Both the position numbers and the translations under genes were made by a program. Below are positions 1 to 10,399 of a DNA stretch of 64,000 nucleotides, in pieces (position 1 is the first letter of the stretch; each line of letters opens with the position of its first letter). The notes beneath the pieces are model-generated. The model worked only from the letters and a program-made list of their open reading frames with translations, was not told the origin of the DNA and searched no databases. The stretch is from an uncultured archaeon (lineage in GTDB: Archaea > Thermoproteota > Bathyarchaeia > Bathyarchaeales > Bathycorpusculaceae). The stretch is from contig CAWENF010000020.1 of the NCBI GenBank assembly GCA_963810275.1, forward strand, positions 32,001 through 96,000, in the 5' to 3' direction.

Positions 1-40
1 TATTAAGTTCAATAATAGTATTTGACGCATAAATGTAAAT

Positions 41-811
41 TTGGAGAGAAGAGGCAAGTTGAGCACTCACGCAGAAGACTTAAAATTACGTTTAATGACA
101 ATCGAACTTTTACGAACAGCAAAATACAAACGCAACATAACCTACCGCGAGTTAGCCTCCAAAACGGGCTTACCCGTCACCGTGCTAAGCCGCTACGCCA
201 AAGGCCACGTCCTCCCCAACACCACCCGCGCCAAACAACTCTGGCGAGTCCTCACGAAATTAGTTGGCTTAGAAGCCGAACTTCGCAGCCGCATCAAATT
301 TGACGACCTTGGCTACTTCGACAACACCGAAATTGTCGGCGACTACAACATCCTCCAACAAGCCGCCAACCATGCCCTCGCTAATTTCGCAGGCAAACGC
401 GTCACAAAAATCTTAACAGCCGCAACAGATGGCATTCCGCTAGCCACTATGGTCGCCAACGCACTTGGCGTAAACTTAATTGTAGCAAAACGCAACAAAG
501 AAGTCGGCGTTAAAACATTCCTCGAAGAGACATACATTCTTGGGAGAGACAGCGGTGTCACAGTCACGCTGTACATACCCAAAGAATCCATCAAAAAACG
601 CGATAGCGTTCTAGTGGTGGATGACATGATTAAGAGCGGCGAAACCCAAGAGGCGCTTGTTAACCTCGTTAAAAAGTCCAAGGCGGAGGTTTCAGGCATA
701 TTCTCGCTTATTGCAGTCGGCGAGGAATGGAAGAAACGACTAAAAAGTGGTCAGGATAGTCCTGTTGAAGTGGTAACACACCTCAAATCTCCCTTTGACA
801 ATTCAAGCTAA
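41..811 (+). CDS. HTH-containing purine-type phosphoribosyltransferase (PurR-like archaeal family)
   Basis: N-terminal HTH (TYRELASKTGLPVTVLSRYAKG) plus PRPP-binding loop VLVVDDMIKSGET; TTG start uncertain. Confidence 0.8.
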   Translation: MERRGKLSTHAEDLKLRLMTIELLRTAKYKRNITYRELASKTGLPVTVLSRYAKGHVLPNTTRAKQLWRVLTKLVGLEAELRSRIKFDDLGYFDNTEIVGDYNILQQAANHALANFAGKRVTKILTAATDGIPLATMVANALGVNLIVAKRNKEVGVKTFLEETYILGRDSGVTVTLYIPKESIKKRDSVLVVDDMIKSGETQEALVNLVKKSKAEVSGIFSLIAVGEEWKKRLKSGQDSPVEVVTHLKSPFDNSS

Positions 812-847
812 ACCGTAACAGTTTTTATTTCCCTTTTCTATTGTTAA

Positions 848-1714
848 TTGATGAAGTTTCTAGTTATTTTTGCTATTTTTCTTTTGCTCATGCCGATTTC
901 TCTTGCTCAAGCTGCGCCAGATACAGTTGAATTGGAAATCTCAAGCACCACATGGAATAAGTCAACACTAAACATCTTAATAATCGAAGCCTCCAACGAG
1001 AGTTGGTGGCAACCAGAATTCTTAAACGCAACCATATACGCAATTGAAAACTGGAAAGCCGCCATAGACTTCTTCGCAGACAAATACCCAGATTTCGCAT
1101 ACCTATCTAGATTAACCTTTGAATTCAAAGTTGACCAGCAAACATCAGAAGGATATGACGTTTACTTCAACTACGCAGAAACAATCCCCCAGCAAAACAA
1201 ACTCGTACTGGGCCAAACCACAACATACCCATCTACAGCAGACCACATAGATCATTGTACTGTCACATTAGCAACGTCCTCACAAACACTATCATTCAAC
1301 CCCGATGGAATGATGAACGTTGCAACACACGAATTTGGACATGTTCTTGGCTTAGGCCACAGCAACAGCACCAACGACCTAATGTACCCCTCAAATGACC
1401 TGATATTTTCAGAAAACTCAGTGTCAACCTTAGATTTATACGGCGTTGCAATCCAGTTCAACTGGTTAAACCTGGGTTCACCACTACCACTCCAAACGGG
1501 CGAAATTAGCTTGCCATCGAGCATCCCCTTTGAATACGCACCAAAAGAACACCAGTCTTCCACACCTCAAAGCTATGCAATCAATTTCTTGGATGCGGCA
1601 GCATCTTTTGTCGAGCAAAATATCGTTGCCATTCTAGTTCTTTTGGCTGCCGTTTGCTTTCTTGTTGCATTAGCAATCATTTTAAGGTCAAAACTGTCAA
1701 ACCGAGAAGGCTAA
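848..1714 (+). CDS. membrane-anchored matrixin/M10-type zinc metalloprotease
   Basis: Signal peptide, HEFGHVLGLGH zinc motif, Met-turn LMYP, C-terminal TM helix with basic tail. Confidence 0.85.
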   Translation: MMKFLVIFAIFLLLMPISLAQAAPDTVELEISSTTWNKSTLNILIIEASNESWWQPEFLNATIYAIENWKAAIDFFADKYPDFAYLSRLTFEFKVDQQTSEGYDVYFNYAETIPQQNKLVLGQTTTYPSTADHIDHCTVTLATSSQTLSFNPDGMMNVATHEFGHVLGLGHSNSTNDLMYPSNDLIFSENSVSTLDLYGVAIQFNWLNLGSPLPLQTGEISLPSSIPFEYAPKEHQSSTPQSYAINFLDAAASFVEQNIVAILVLLAAVCFLVALAIILRSKLSNREG

Positions 1715-1800
1715 ATTACCGGACAACTGCAAGCTTAATGGTGCATCAAAATCTTTAACACACCCATACCACAACTAAGCTCAATAAGGAGGCAAAACTT

Positions 1801-2823
1801 ATGCGGATGATTAAATGGCAAAACGGCACTGTAATAACCCCAGACCAAACCAAGCTTCCACTCCAAGAAGTCACCTTAGAAATCAAAAAAGTCGAGCAAA
1901 TGGCAGAAGCCATCAAAATGCTCCGAGTTCGAGGCGCACCCCTACTGGGAGCAGCTGGAGGCTTCGGAGTAGCCATAGCTGCGTACAACTCAACAGCCAA
2001 AATCCCAGCGCAGTTCTACAAGGAAATCGAAACCGCAGGCAACTTCATAAAGCGCCAGCGCCCAACCGCAGTTAACTTATTCTGGGGCGTAGACCGCGTC
2101 CTATCCAAAGCTAAAGTCACAGGCGGCAGCGTTGAGAAGCTAAAAGCCACAGTCATTGCTGAAGCGCAAGCAATTGCCAACGAAGACGCCGCACAAAACC
2201 ACACCATAGGCAAACACGGTGCCACCCTCATCAGAGACGGCGACACCATCCTAACCCACTGTAACGCCGGGGAACTGGCAACTGTCGAGTACGGTACCGC
2301 ACTAGGAGTAATCAGAGCGGCATGGGAAGAAGGCAAAAAAATTCAAGTGTACGCAGACGAAACCCGCCCACTGCTACAAGGCGCACGCCTCACAACGTAT
2401 GAGCTTAAACGCGACGGCATCCCAGTCACACTTATCACCGACAACATGGCGGCACATGTCATGAGCAAAGGCTTAATCCAAAAAGTCGTCGTCGGAGCCG
2501 ACCGGATCGTGCAAGACGCAATTTTCAATAAAATTGGAACCTACGGAGTCGCTGTATTGGCGCATGAGCACGGCATCCCCTTCTATGTGGCGGCACCTAA
2601 ATCCACCTTTGACCTGACACGCAAAGCCGCCGACGTCGAAATTGAGGAACGCAAACCAGAAGAAGTCACCCATGTGGGCTGCCAACAAACCGCACCCGAC
2701 GGCGTAGCAGTATATAACCCAGCGTTTGACGCTACACCACTCAAATACGTCGCAGGCATTATAACAGAGGATGGCATCTACACCAGAAAGGACTTCGCCA
2801 AGTTCGACAAGTTTCCGCTCTAA
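1801..2823 (+). CDS. mtnA: S-methyl-5-thioribose-1-phosphate isomerase
   Basis: VRGAP, RPTAVNL, THCNAG, ETRPLLQGARLT, NKIGTY, NPAFD motifs. Confidence 0.93.
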   Translation: MRMIKWQNGTVITPDQTKLPLQEVTLEIKKVEQMAEAIKMLRVRGAPLLGAAGGFGVAIAAYNSTAKIPAQFYKEIETAGNFIKRQRPTAVNLFWGVDRVLSKAKVTGGSVEKLKATVIAEAQAIANEDAAQNHTIGKHGATLIRDGDTILTHCNAGELATVEYGTALGVIRAAWEEGKKIQVYADETRPLLQGARLTTYELKRDGIPVTLITDNMAAHVMSKGLIQKVVVGADRIVQDAIFNKIGTYGVAVLAHEHGIPFYVAAPKSTFDLTRKAADVEIEERKPEEVTHVGCQQTAPDGVAVYNPAFDATPLKYVAGIITEDGIYTRKDFAKFDKFPL

Positions 2824-3224
2824 TTCTTTTCTGCAAAGACGCCTTATGTCTCTGAATTCTCGCTTAAAGGGTGACTCTTAAGTTTTTAAAAATTTTTTTA
2901 ACCATAAAACCACACTCAAATAGGAGCGCCGTCAACTCTTTTATGCTAAGAGGCGAGGGTAAATTCTGGTTACAGCTGTGTTGCCATCTTCAGATAGAAT
3001 TGTTGCCACACGGTTTTGGTGTAGTCATATATAGATAATTATTGGCGATTTCTATGTAGGGATAGGACTTCAAAAACCATCGCCCACAGAAACAGCGATG
3101 TGAGTGGCTTCTTGGACGTAAAAGTCATTTCGCTATGAAGTCTAATTTACCAAATTAGGCTGAAAAAAAGCAGCACAACGTTAAAGAGCATACAAAACCA
3201 AATCAAGCCATAACGGTTGCATAA

Positions 3225-3785
3225 GTGATGAGCGAACCCAAAAAAGCAGCTCCAATAGAATTCCGAACAAGCGGTGTCTTAAATGAAAAAGGCGTAATTG
3301 TGACCGAGCAAAGCAGCATTGACCAACTTACCAGTCGCGGCTATGGCACACAAGAAGACAAAGTATTCACATTAGCTTTTTTTGAGTCGCTCTACCTCCA
3401 AGACAAAGAAATGCTCGACGTAAAAACAAAAACAGGCAAATCCATCGACTTCCAAACACTGCTGAACTGCTATGAAGCAAAAGACGAAAATGCATGGGCA
3501 AACTACCTCGTCTACCGCGACCTACGAAGCCGAGGCTACGTAGTGCGAGAAGGCTTCGGCGAAAACATCGACTTCCGAATCTACGAACGTGGCTCATACG
3601 GCAAAGACACTGCGCCCTATCTCATTTTGGGCACACAAGAAGGTAAGCCGCTCCCCATTAACGACTTGGCGGTGGCGTTGCAGAAGTGCCAAACTCAAAA
3701 GAAAGAGTTGATTTTAGCAGTTATGAACCGCAGAGGCGAAATCGTCTACTACAGCGTGGGCGAACTGCATTTCCCAGTGACCTAA
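3225..3785 (+). CDS. endA: tRNA-splicing endonuclease subunit, probably the non-catalytic (structural) one
   Basis: YLVYRDLRSRGYVV...DFRIYERG...LILAV...IVYY; catalytic Tyr and His positions not conserved. Confidence 0.8.
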   Translation: MMSEPKKAAPIEFRTSGVLNEKGVIVTEQSSIDQLTSRGYGTQEDKVFTLAFFESLYLQDKEMLDVKTKTGKSIDFQTLLNCYEAKDENAWANYLVYRDLRSRGYVVREGFGENIDFRIYERGSYGKDTAPYLILGTQEGKPLPINDLAVALQKCQTQKKELILAVMNRRGEIVYYSVGELHFPVT

Positions 3786-3818
3786 ATCAGGCTATTTGCA
3801 ACATTTGTTTTTTGAGGG

Positions 3819-5042
3819 TTAGGCTCGTTTTTTGGTGCTCACGATCGAGATTACGTCTCGGTCTTTTAGCACTGCGTCTTCTCCGATTCTGCGTTTGTCC
3901 CTTGCATCCACGGCGAAAAGAAAGTTATCGCCTAGTTCGGTGTGTATGACATAGGCAAATTGATGTGCTGTTGTTCCTTTTGGCACGAGGTATGTGTCAG
4001 GTAGGACACGGCCGTTGTGGTCGGTTAGGTGTTCAACGTCTTCGACGGGGTAGACGGCTATCATGTCCAGTAGCTTGAGGTAGGCATTGTTTATGGCTTG
4101 TTGTATGCCTGTGGCGCCGTTTGGTTTTAGGATTTTTTCGCGGATACTCTCCAGCGCAGCTTTTTGTCCAGCGGAGAGTTTTTCTGGCTGAAGAATCTTG
4201 AAGTCAGGATCGCCGGGTTTGTAGCTTATTAATTCTTTCTCGGCGGCTCTGCGTAGGCCGAGTTCGGCTTCGGCGCTGGCTGGAACCACAATGTAGTCCA
4301 ACTTCTTTAGTTGCTCCAAGTTGGCTTCAGCAGCGGGCAAATCCATCTTGTTAGCCACAATCAGCATGGGCTTTGAGAGCCGCCGCAACTGGTCCACGAA
4401 GCGGTAAAAGTCTTCGTCGCTCCATGTGGCGGGTTTGTCGATGTTTAAGCCTGCCTGCCTTATGGCTTCGTTCACGTATGCTTTTTTTATGCCTAAGCCT
4501 GAGAGGCGGTCTTCGAAGTGGTGTGCGATGCCTTTTTTATCCTGCTCGGCTGTTCGGGATATACGCGGCCAATCTTTCTTAAGAATCGTTACCATCCACA
4601 TGGTGATTTCTTTTTCGAGAAACTGCACATCCTCGAGCGGATCATGTTCCCCGGGTTTGCAGCTTTTACCCTCACAGTCAGTGCCGCCTGAAGCGTCTAC
4701 AATGTGAATCAGGGCGTCTGCGCGGCGGATTTCGTCTAGGAACTGGTTGCCCAAGCCTTTGCCTTCCCATGCGCCGGGCACGATGCCTGCGATGTCTATG
4801 AGCTCCACGGGCACCAGGCGAGCCCCGTCAAGGCATAGACTGTTTTTGGGGTTGTCCTGCATTCCAAACTCGGGGTGGACACATTGGGTTCGGACGTAGC
4901 CGACACCACGGTTTGGTTTTATGGTGGTGAACGGGTAGTTTGCTATATCCGCCGCTGCTAATGTGGCGGCTGAGAAGAAGGTTGATTTGCCGGTGTTGGG
5001 TTTTCCGACGACTCCAAGCAAGCGAGAGTAGGAACGCTGCAT
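3819..5042 (-). CDS. ychF: YchF/Obg-family P-loop NTPase with C-terminal TGS domain
   Basis: GKPNTGKST, NYPFTT, DIAG, NKMD, IHTEL; start moved to ATG 5042 because the longer ORF overlaps the MMPL gene. Confidence 0.92.
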   Translation of the reverse strand: MQRSYSRLLGVVGKPNTGKSTFFSAATLAAADIANYPFTTIKPNRGVGYVRTQCVHPEFGMQDNPKNSLCLDGARLVPVELIDIAGIVPGAWEGKGLGNQFLDEIRRADALIHIVDASGGTDCEGKSCKPGEHDPLEDVQFLEKEITMWMVTILKKDWPRISRTAEQDKKGIAHHFEDRLSGLGIKKAYVNEAIRQAGLNIDKPATWSDEDFYRFVDQLRRLSKPMLIVANKMDLPAAEANLEQLKKLDYIVVPASAEAELGLRRAAEKELISYKPGDPDFKILQPEKLSAGQKAALESIREKILKPNGATGIQQAINNAYLKLLDMIAVYPVEDVEHLTDHNGRVLPDTYLVPKGTTAHQFAYVIHTELGDNFLFAVDARDKRRIGEDAVLKDRDVISIVSTKKRA

Positions 5043-5208
5043 TAAATTCACCTGAATAAGTTGCGGCGCTTGAGCTATATTTTTTATGCTTCCAAAACAA
5101 GTATAAAAAATGGCGCTACGGGATTGTTTTGATTTGGGAACAGGTCTTAGTATACACTTTGGCGGCGGCTGCTTTGGCGGTTGGATAAAAAAAATAAAAA
5201 AGAAAAAA

Positions 5209-8200
5209 TTACTTTGTTTTATCAGCGGCTTCCGAATTCTCAGAGCTTTCTGCTGATGGTTCAGCGGCGATTTTGTTGTCATCTTTGACACGCTGCAGGC
5301 GTTTGATTGGGTTGTACCAGTTCCATTTTCCAAAGGTTGACATCACTGCAGGCACAATGTATGTTCGCACAATCAAGGCGTCAATGAGGATGCTAAAGGC
5401 GAAGGCAAAACCCATTTCCGCCAGCATCAGATTGCTAGACAGCATTAGCGCACCCAATGAGCCAGCGAGGATGATTGCTGCTGCAGTGATGATACCGCCT
5501 GTCTGTTGAATCGCGTTTACGATGGCATCGTTTTGGTGCTGGCCTTTTGCGGCTTCTTCGCGGATGCGGGTTAGGATGAAGATGTTATAGTCCATGCCCA
5601 AGCCCAGAAGCAGCACGAACAGTATCAGCGGCGTGATAAAGAGCAAGCCAAAGCCATATGCAGCATTAAACACCAGTATGGTAACCGCTAAAGTCCAAAC
5701 GATGCTCATAAGCACTGACAGGATTGCAAACACAGGCAATATTAGTGATCCTAATACAAAGAAGAGCACTATACCAACACCGACTGCTACGATAGGGAGA
5801 ATCTGGTTGAACTGGTTCTCGAAGCTTATTCTGGTGTCAAGACTGCCGCCTGTTGTGCCCCCAAGATATATTGCTGAGACACCGTCTGAGTTGTCATATT
5901 CTTGATGAAGTTGGTTTCGGATGTCACTTGCGTAGTCCATGGCTTGGGTTGAGTAGGGGTCAACGCTGAATTTGACCGTTATAAGTGCTGAGCTGTTGTC
6001 CTCACCGATGGCGCTTAACATGCTATTGTAAGTAGCGGGGTCAGTGTCGTTAGTAATTTTCATATAATCTACAGGATCGCCATACGGCATAGTGGGTCCA
6101 GTGACTTCCTGCAAACCAGCTTGATTAGCAATAGTTTGGGAAATCTGCTGCAACGTCGTCATCTCAGCGTCGTTGAAGCTTCCGTTAGTATACAGAATAG
6201 GCTGTGTAAACGTCACCACAACGTAGGTGGGCATTAGTCTTCCGCCACCAAACGAGTCAGTCATTGTGTTTGATGCAGCAATAGATTCTATATCGTTTGA
6301 GGCAGCGCCCAGCATGTCATAGGTCGGCGTTGTGGTTGCGTAGACGTAGAAAGCCGGCAAAGTGATCAGTACAGCAAGCAAAATAATGGCTTTACCATGC
6401 TTTACTGAGAAAGCGCCGCTTCTGGCGAAGTAACCTCCTCGGCGTTGGTTCTTTGCAGAGATTGTTTTTGCGTAGCGTTCAAAACGCTCGCCAGAGTTTG
6501 GCCAGAAAATTCTGTCACCTAAGATCGCTGTTAAAGCGGGTGCAAACGTGAGTGAAGCTAACAGCGTGACGAGCACGCCTAAACCGACTATGATGCCCAT
6601 GGACTGCATCAAAATCATCGACGTACCTGCCAGGGCAAAGAAGGATATTATGACGGTTGCGCCACTGGTAACGATGGATTCGCCTGCCCAGGTGATGGAT
6701 TTCTTGATGGCTTCAAACAAGGGCAGACCATTGATACGTTCTTCTCTGTGACGCGCTATAATAAATATGCTGTAGTCTGTGCCTACGCCGATTAAAACAG
6801 TCAAGAGCACGGTTGAGACCGTGTAGTCCACGGGGTTGATGTAGGTGCTGATGAGATAGGGGAATATCTGTGAAACACCTAAACCCACACCGATTGTACC
6901 TAAAGTGATAATGGGGGTGACAATTGAGCGGAAGAACAACCCCGTAGCACCGACCAACAACACAATGGTGATGGGTAGGATAATGTCTAAGTCTTCGTTT
7001 GTGGATTGCCCAAAGTCGTAGTTTAATGCGTCTGTGCCAGTGACTTGCGCAGAGTTAACATCCCCGGGGGTTTTTTCCATTAAGTCTGCTATGATACCTC
7101 GAATTACTGGGACGTTGTCGTCGTTGGATTCTACAAACGTGATTGAAATTAATGTTACATTTTTTGAGGGAGAAACAAAGCTATCGATTAACTGGTTGAA
7201 TTGTTCACTAACGTTATAGACGGCAGGGTTAGAAACAATTTGCGAAGCAAGAATCTGCAGTTCAGTGTTGGTTGCGTTTTCGCCCATGCTCCAAACCGCA
7301 GTCACCAACTCTTTTGAGAGCCCAGACTGGTTAGCGACGTAGTTTATGGTTACGGCTTGGACCTTTCTATTGCTTTCAGAGGTGTTAGCGTCAAGGTAAT
7401 CCTGGAGTTTGAGTGTGGAGGCGATTTGCTCAGCGAAGTCTTGACCGTCGCTCAGGTATTCGGGGATGAACTGGGCATTTGCGATGTCAGCTGCAGTGGA
7501 GGCGGTGTGGTTAACCCAGCCTATCGCTGGATAAGGCGAGTTTGGTACACGACTAATCCAGGCATCGTCGAAGTACTCCAGCATGTGCGAGGTGTAGTCG
7601 TTGTATGCATCTTGGTCTATGTCTTTTAGGATGTCTTTTGTGGTGTCATAGGCGATTTTGTTAAAGATAGGAATTAACTTGTCCATGCCGTAGAGTTCGG
7701 AATACCAAATGATGTTGTCCGCTAATTCGGATATAGAGCCTTGATAGGGGTATCTGCCTAGATGGTAAGCTGCTTCCACAAAGGAAACTGCCGCATCGGA
7801 CTGGTTAGCTACGTATTGGATAGCGAAATCTGCAATTTGCTCGTTGTTTTGTTCTTGGCTTTTAAACAGGAAAGTCTCCAGCGAGAAAGTATCGGTTAAG
7901 CCATTCATGAAATCCTGCATGGTTTGATTGTTTGCAAACGCTGTTTGGATGTACTGCTGGTTGGTCATGTCGGCGGCAAGCGAAGCTCGAGTGGTGGAGT
8001 TAAAGTAGGCTGTCTGGGGGTTTTGGAAACTCATCACCCAAGACATGTTAAATGCATATAGCAGCTGGGATGTGTACTGGGCGTAGGCGTCGGGGTCGGC
8101 GGCTTGAAGCATGGCTTGGGTTTGAGCGTAGGCGGCGTTGTTGAGCGCTGTGATGGTGTAAGCGTCTAGGTTGTAGTAGCTTTCTGGCGCCGTAATGTAG

Positions 8201-9321
8201 GAGGAGGCAGAGGTATCCTTTGGAGGTTGTGAAGCAATGAATTCAATGGCGAAGTCTGCTAAAGCGACGTTATTGGCGGTTTGGTTTGCAGCGTTGTTTA
8301 AGTAATCCTGCAAAGTGAGAGTGTCGGTTAGGGCGGTTACAAACGTTTGCGCTGTGGCGTTGCCAGCCAAAAAATTGTTGATATAGATTTGATTGGTCTG
8401 GTCCGACGCAAATACCGCACGCTCAACAGGTGTCCAAACTGAAGTTGAGGAATCAGAGAAACTTTGCGCCCAAGTGCTATAGAAAACTTGTAGAAGCTGT
8501 GAAGTGTAAAGTTGGTAGGCTTCGGGGTCTGCTGCGTAAAGAGTTTCTGCAGTGGTCTGGTTAGCGATGATGTTGGATTGAGCTACGTCACCTGAAGTAC
8601 CAGCCATCGCTCTCTGCCAAGCTTGGAGATAAATCGCAGGCGTACTGTAAAGCAGGTTGTAAGTTAAGTTGGCATTGTTAAGTGTAATGTACGCGCCTGC
8701 CCATATACCAGAGTATGCTGCAGGCACACTATAAAGCAAATAGTAAGTCATGTTGGCGTTGTCAGCGGTTAAGTAAATCCCCTGCGCAGTCTGGTTTAAG
8801 CCAGGCATTAGCTGCCCCTCTTTGGTCTCGTTATAGGCTTGGTACCAAACATTGGAGTATATGGTTGGGACGCTGTAGAGCAGGTTATAGGTTAAGTTTC
8901 CGCCTTCATAGGCTTCATAAACGCCTTCGTTTGTTGCATTCAACGCGGGTATAAGAATTGAGTAAACGGTTGTTATGTTTTCTAAGCCTTTGATGGCGCT
9001 GCTTTGAGTAAGTTTCTCGTTTAAATCGTCCATAAAACGTTGCGTTGCTAAGGATGAAGCGTCGTCCGTCGAGATGATGACAACCAGTGAATCGTTGGAT
9101 ACCGAGCCTTGGAACTGTGCTTTGATGATGGCATCAGCCCGTGCCGATTCTGAGTCGCTTTCTGAGGAGTTGTTTAGCGTCAGCGAAGTCACGCCGGTAG
9201 CAGTTAAAACCACAGGTAGGATGATTGCCAAAAGCAGCATCCAAGCAGCAATGATTGAGAACTTGCGCTTCGTAATTAAGCGTCCAAGTTTACCAAAGGA
9301 GTTCACTTTTCCGTTTGACAC
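5209..9321 (-). CDS. very large MMPL/RND-family transporter (~1370 aa)
   Basis: Two TM modules with GVGTDYSIF and GLGMDYNIF motifs; long extracytoplasmic insertion; GTG start at 9321 inferred. Confidence 0.9.
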   Translation of the reverse strand: MSNGKVNSFGKLGRLITKRKFSIIAAWMLLLAIILPVVLTATGVTSLTLNNSSESDSESARADAIIKAQFQGSVSNDSLVVIISTDDASSLATQRFMDDLNEKLTQSSAIKGLENITTVYSILIPALNATNEGVYEAYEGGNLTYNLLYSVPTIYSNVWYQAYNETKEGQLMPGLNQTAQGIYLTADNANMTYYLLYSVPAAYSGIWAGAYITLNNANLTYNLLYSTPAIYLQAWQRAMAGTSGDVAQSNIIANQTTAETLYAADPEAYQLYTSQLLQVFYSTWAQSFSDSSTSVWTPVERAVFASDQTNQIYINNFLAGNATAQTFVTALTDTLTLQDYLNNAANQTANNVALADFAIEFIASQPPKDTSASSYITAPESYYNLDAYTITALNNAAYAQTQAMLQAADPDAYAQYTSQLLYAFNMSWVMSFQNPQTAYFNSTTRASLAADMTNQQYIQTAFANNQTMQDFMNGLTDTFSLETFLFKSQEQNNEQIADFAIQYVANQSDAAVSFVEAAYHLGRYPYQGSISELADNIIWYSELYGMDKLIPIFNKIAYDTTKDILKDIDQDAYNDYTSHMLEYFDDAWISRVPNSPYPAIGWVNHTASTAADIANAQFIPEYLSDGQDFAEQIASTLKLQDYLDANTSESNRKVQAVTINYVANQSGLSKELVTAVWSMGENATNTELQILASQIVSNPAVYNVSEQFNQLIDSFVSPSKNVTLISITFVESNDDNVPVIRGIIADLMEKTPGDVNSAQVTGTDALNYDFGQSTNEDLDIILPITIVLLVGATGLFFRSIVTPIITLGTIGVGLGVSQIFPYLISTYINPVDYTVSTVLLTVLIGVGTDYSIFIIARHREERINGLPLFEAIKKSITWAGESIVTSGATVIISFFALAGTSMILMQSMGIIVGLGVLVTLLASLTFAPALTAILGDRIFWPNSGERFERYAKTISAKNQRRGGYFARSGAFSVKHGKAIILLAVLITLPAFYVYATTTPTYDMLGAASNDIESIAASNTMTDSFGGGRLMPTYVVVTFTQPILYTNGSFNDAEMTTLQQISQTIANQAGLQEVTGPTMPYGDPVDYMKITNDTDPATYNSMLSAIGEDNSSALITVKFSVDPYSTQAMDYASDIRNQLHQEYDNSDGVSAIYLGGTTGGSLDTRISFENQFNQILPIVAVGVGIVLFFVLGSLILPVFAILSVLMSIVWTLAVTILVFNAAYGFGLLFITPLILFVLLLGLGMDYNIFILTRIREEAAKGQHQNDAIVNAIQQTGGIITAAAIILAGSLGALMLSSNLMLAEMGFAFAFSILIDALIVRTYIVPAVMSTFGKWNWYNPIKRLQRVKDDNKIAAEPSAESSENSEAADKTK

Positions 9322-9455
9322 GATATAACACCGTCTTTTCTTGTTGATAGGCGATCCTATGTTAATTTTAATCTTTGAATGGATGTTGAGGCGGCTCTTT
9401 AAGGTTGTACCGAATATACTCGGGTCCCAACAAGCATATATGATAAAAACAGGCA

Positions 9456-10127
9456 TTGTATGATATGCGACGGGTAATCTTGGAACTCTCTGAAAAGGAA
9501 CTTATCAAAGCAGGCATAGAGTTACCTCCACTAAAAAAAATCAAGTCCCTAGAGCTCTTATATTTTCTTAGGCAAGACGACCAAGAATTCGCCGCCATCT
9601 CCAAAGTAGAATTCACAGACCCCAAAATTAACGTACAAGAGCTCCTTAAAGGTGGCTTACTCTTAGAAGCGCAGGTAATCGAGAAAGAAAAAAACGGTGC
9701 TTACATACTGTTCATACGCAGCGGCTCCCCAACCCTTTCCTCCGCTCTGAACTACATCGGCTTAGAAGGCGGCTATTTATTTCCTCCCTTAGGCATAGAA
9801 GAGGGCAAGGTGAAGTTCTCTTTTTTGGGTAGTGAACCTCAAATTAAAGATTTCATGGAAAAACTTGACGCCATCGGCATCCACTACCGCGTGGTGCTGC
9901 TAACAGACGCCAACTTTTCACCCATCTCGCCGCTTAGCCAGCTAACGGAGAAGCAGCAAGAAGTGCTGTTGGCGGCGTATAAAATGGGATACTATGATAT
10001 CCCACGCCGAGTTAACACAGAAGAGTTAGCCGCCAAGCTTGGGCTTGTGGATTCCACGGTGGTTGAGCATCTACGCAAAGCCGAACAACGCATTTTTAGG
10101 CACATAATGGAAAACAAAATGCACTAG
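9456..10127 (+). CDS. HTH-10 (Bat-type) transcriptional regulator, divergent from the MMPL gene
   Basis: C-terminal LTEKQQEVLLAAYKMGYYDIPRR...STVVEHLRKAE signature. Confidence 0.88.
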   Translation: MYDMRRVILELSEKELIKAGIELPPLKKIKSLELLYFLRQDDQEFAAISKVEFTDPKINVQELLKGGLLLEAQVIEKEKNGAYILFIRSGSPTLSSALNYIGLEGGYLFPPLGIEEGKVKFSFLGSEPQIKDFMEKLDAIGIHYRVVLLTDANFSPISPLSQLTEKQQEVLLAAYKMGYYDIPRRVNTEELAAKLGLVDSTVVEHLRKAEQRIFRHIMENKMH

Positions 10128-10131
10128 CAGA

Positions 10132-10332
10132 TTAGCCTTCTTTTATTTCGACAGCTTGCCTGGGACACACTGCTGCGCATACTCCGCAACCGTGGCAGAG
10201 CCGCATATCCACCACTGCGGGTTCATCGTCGCCAATGCGGAAAACCGCTTTGATGGGACACTCTTTAGCGACGAGACATTTTTTACACATCTGGCATTTG
10301 GTGGCGTCGATAATCGCTTTCACAATAAGCAC
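10132..10332 (-). CDS. small 4Fe-4S dicluster ferredoxin-like protein
   Basis: CQMCKKC...CP and CHGCGVCAAVCP. Confidence 0.85.
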   Translation of the reverse strand: MLIVKAIIDATKCQMCKKCLVAKECPIKAVFRIGDDEPAVVDMRLCHGCGVCAAVCPRQAVEIKEG

Positions 10333-10399
10333 TCTTAGATTTCATAGAGTGATGTTACTTAATCAACATTTTCCATAGAAAAATGCGAAGTGATGGCGT

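Noticed and set aside
2830-3220. Possible gene or ncRNA between mtnA and endA
   Set aside because: Only short interrupted frames and no convincing structure.
5043-5333. 97-aa N-terminal extension of YchF
   Set aside because: Runs through T/A tracts and overlaps the MMPL end; the family starts just before the P-loop.
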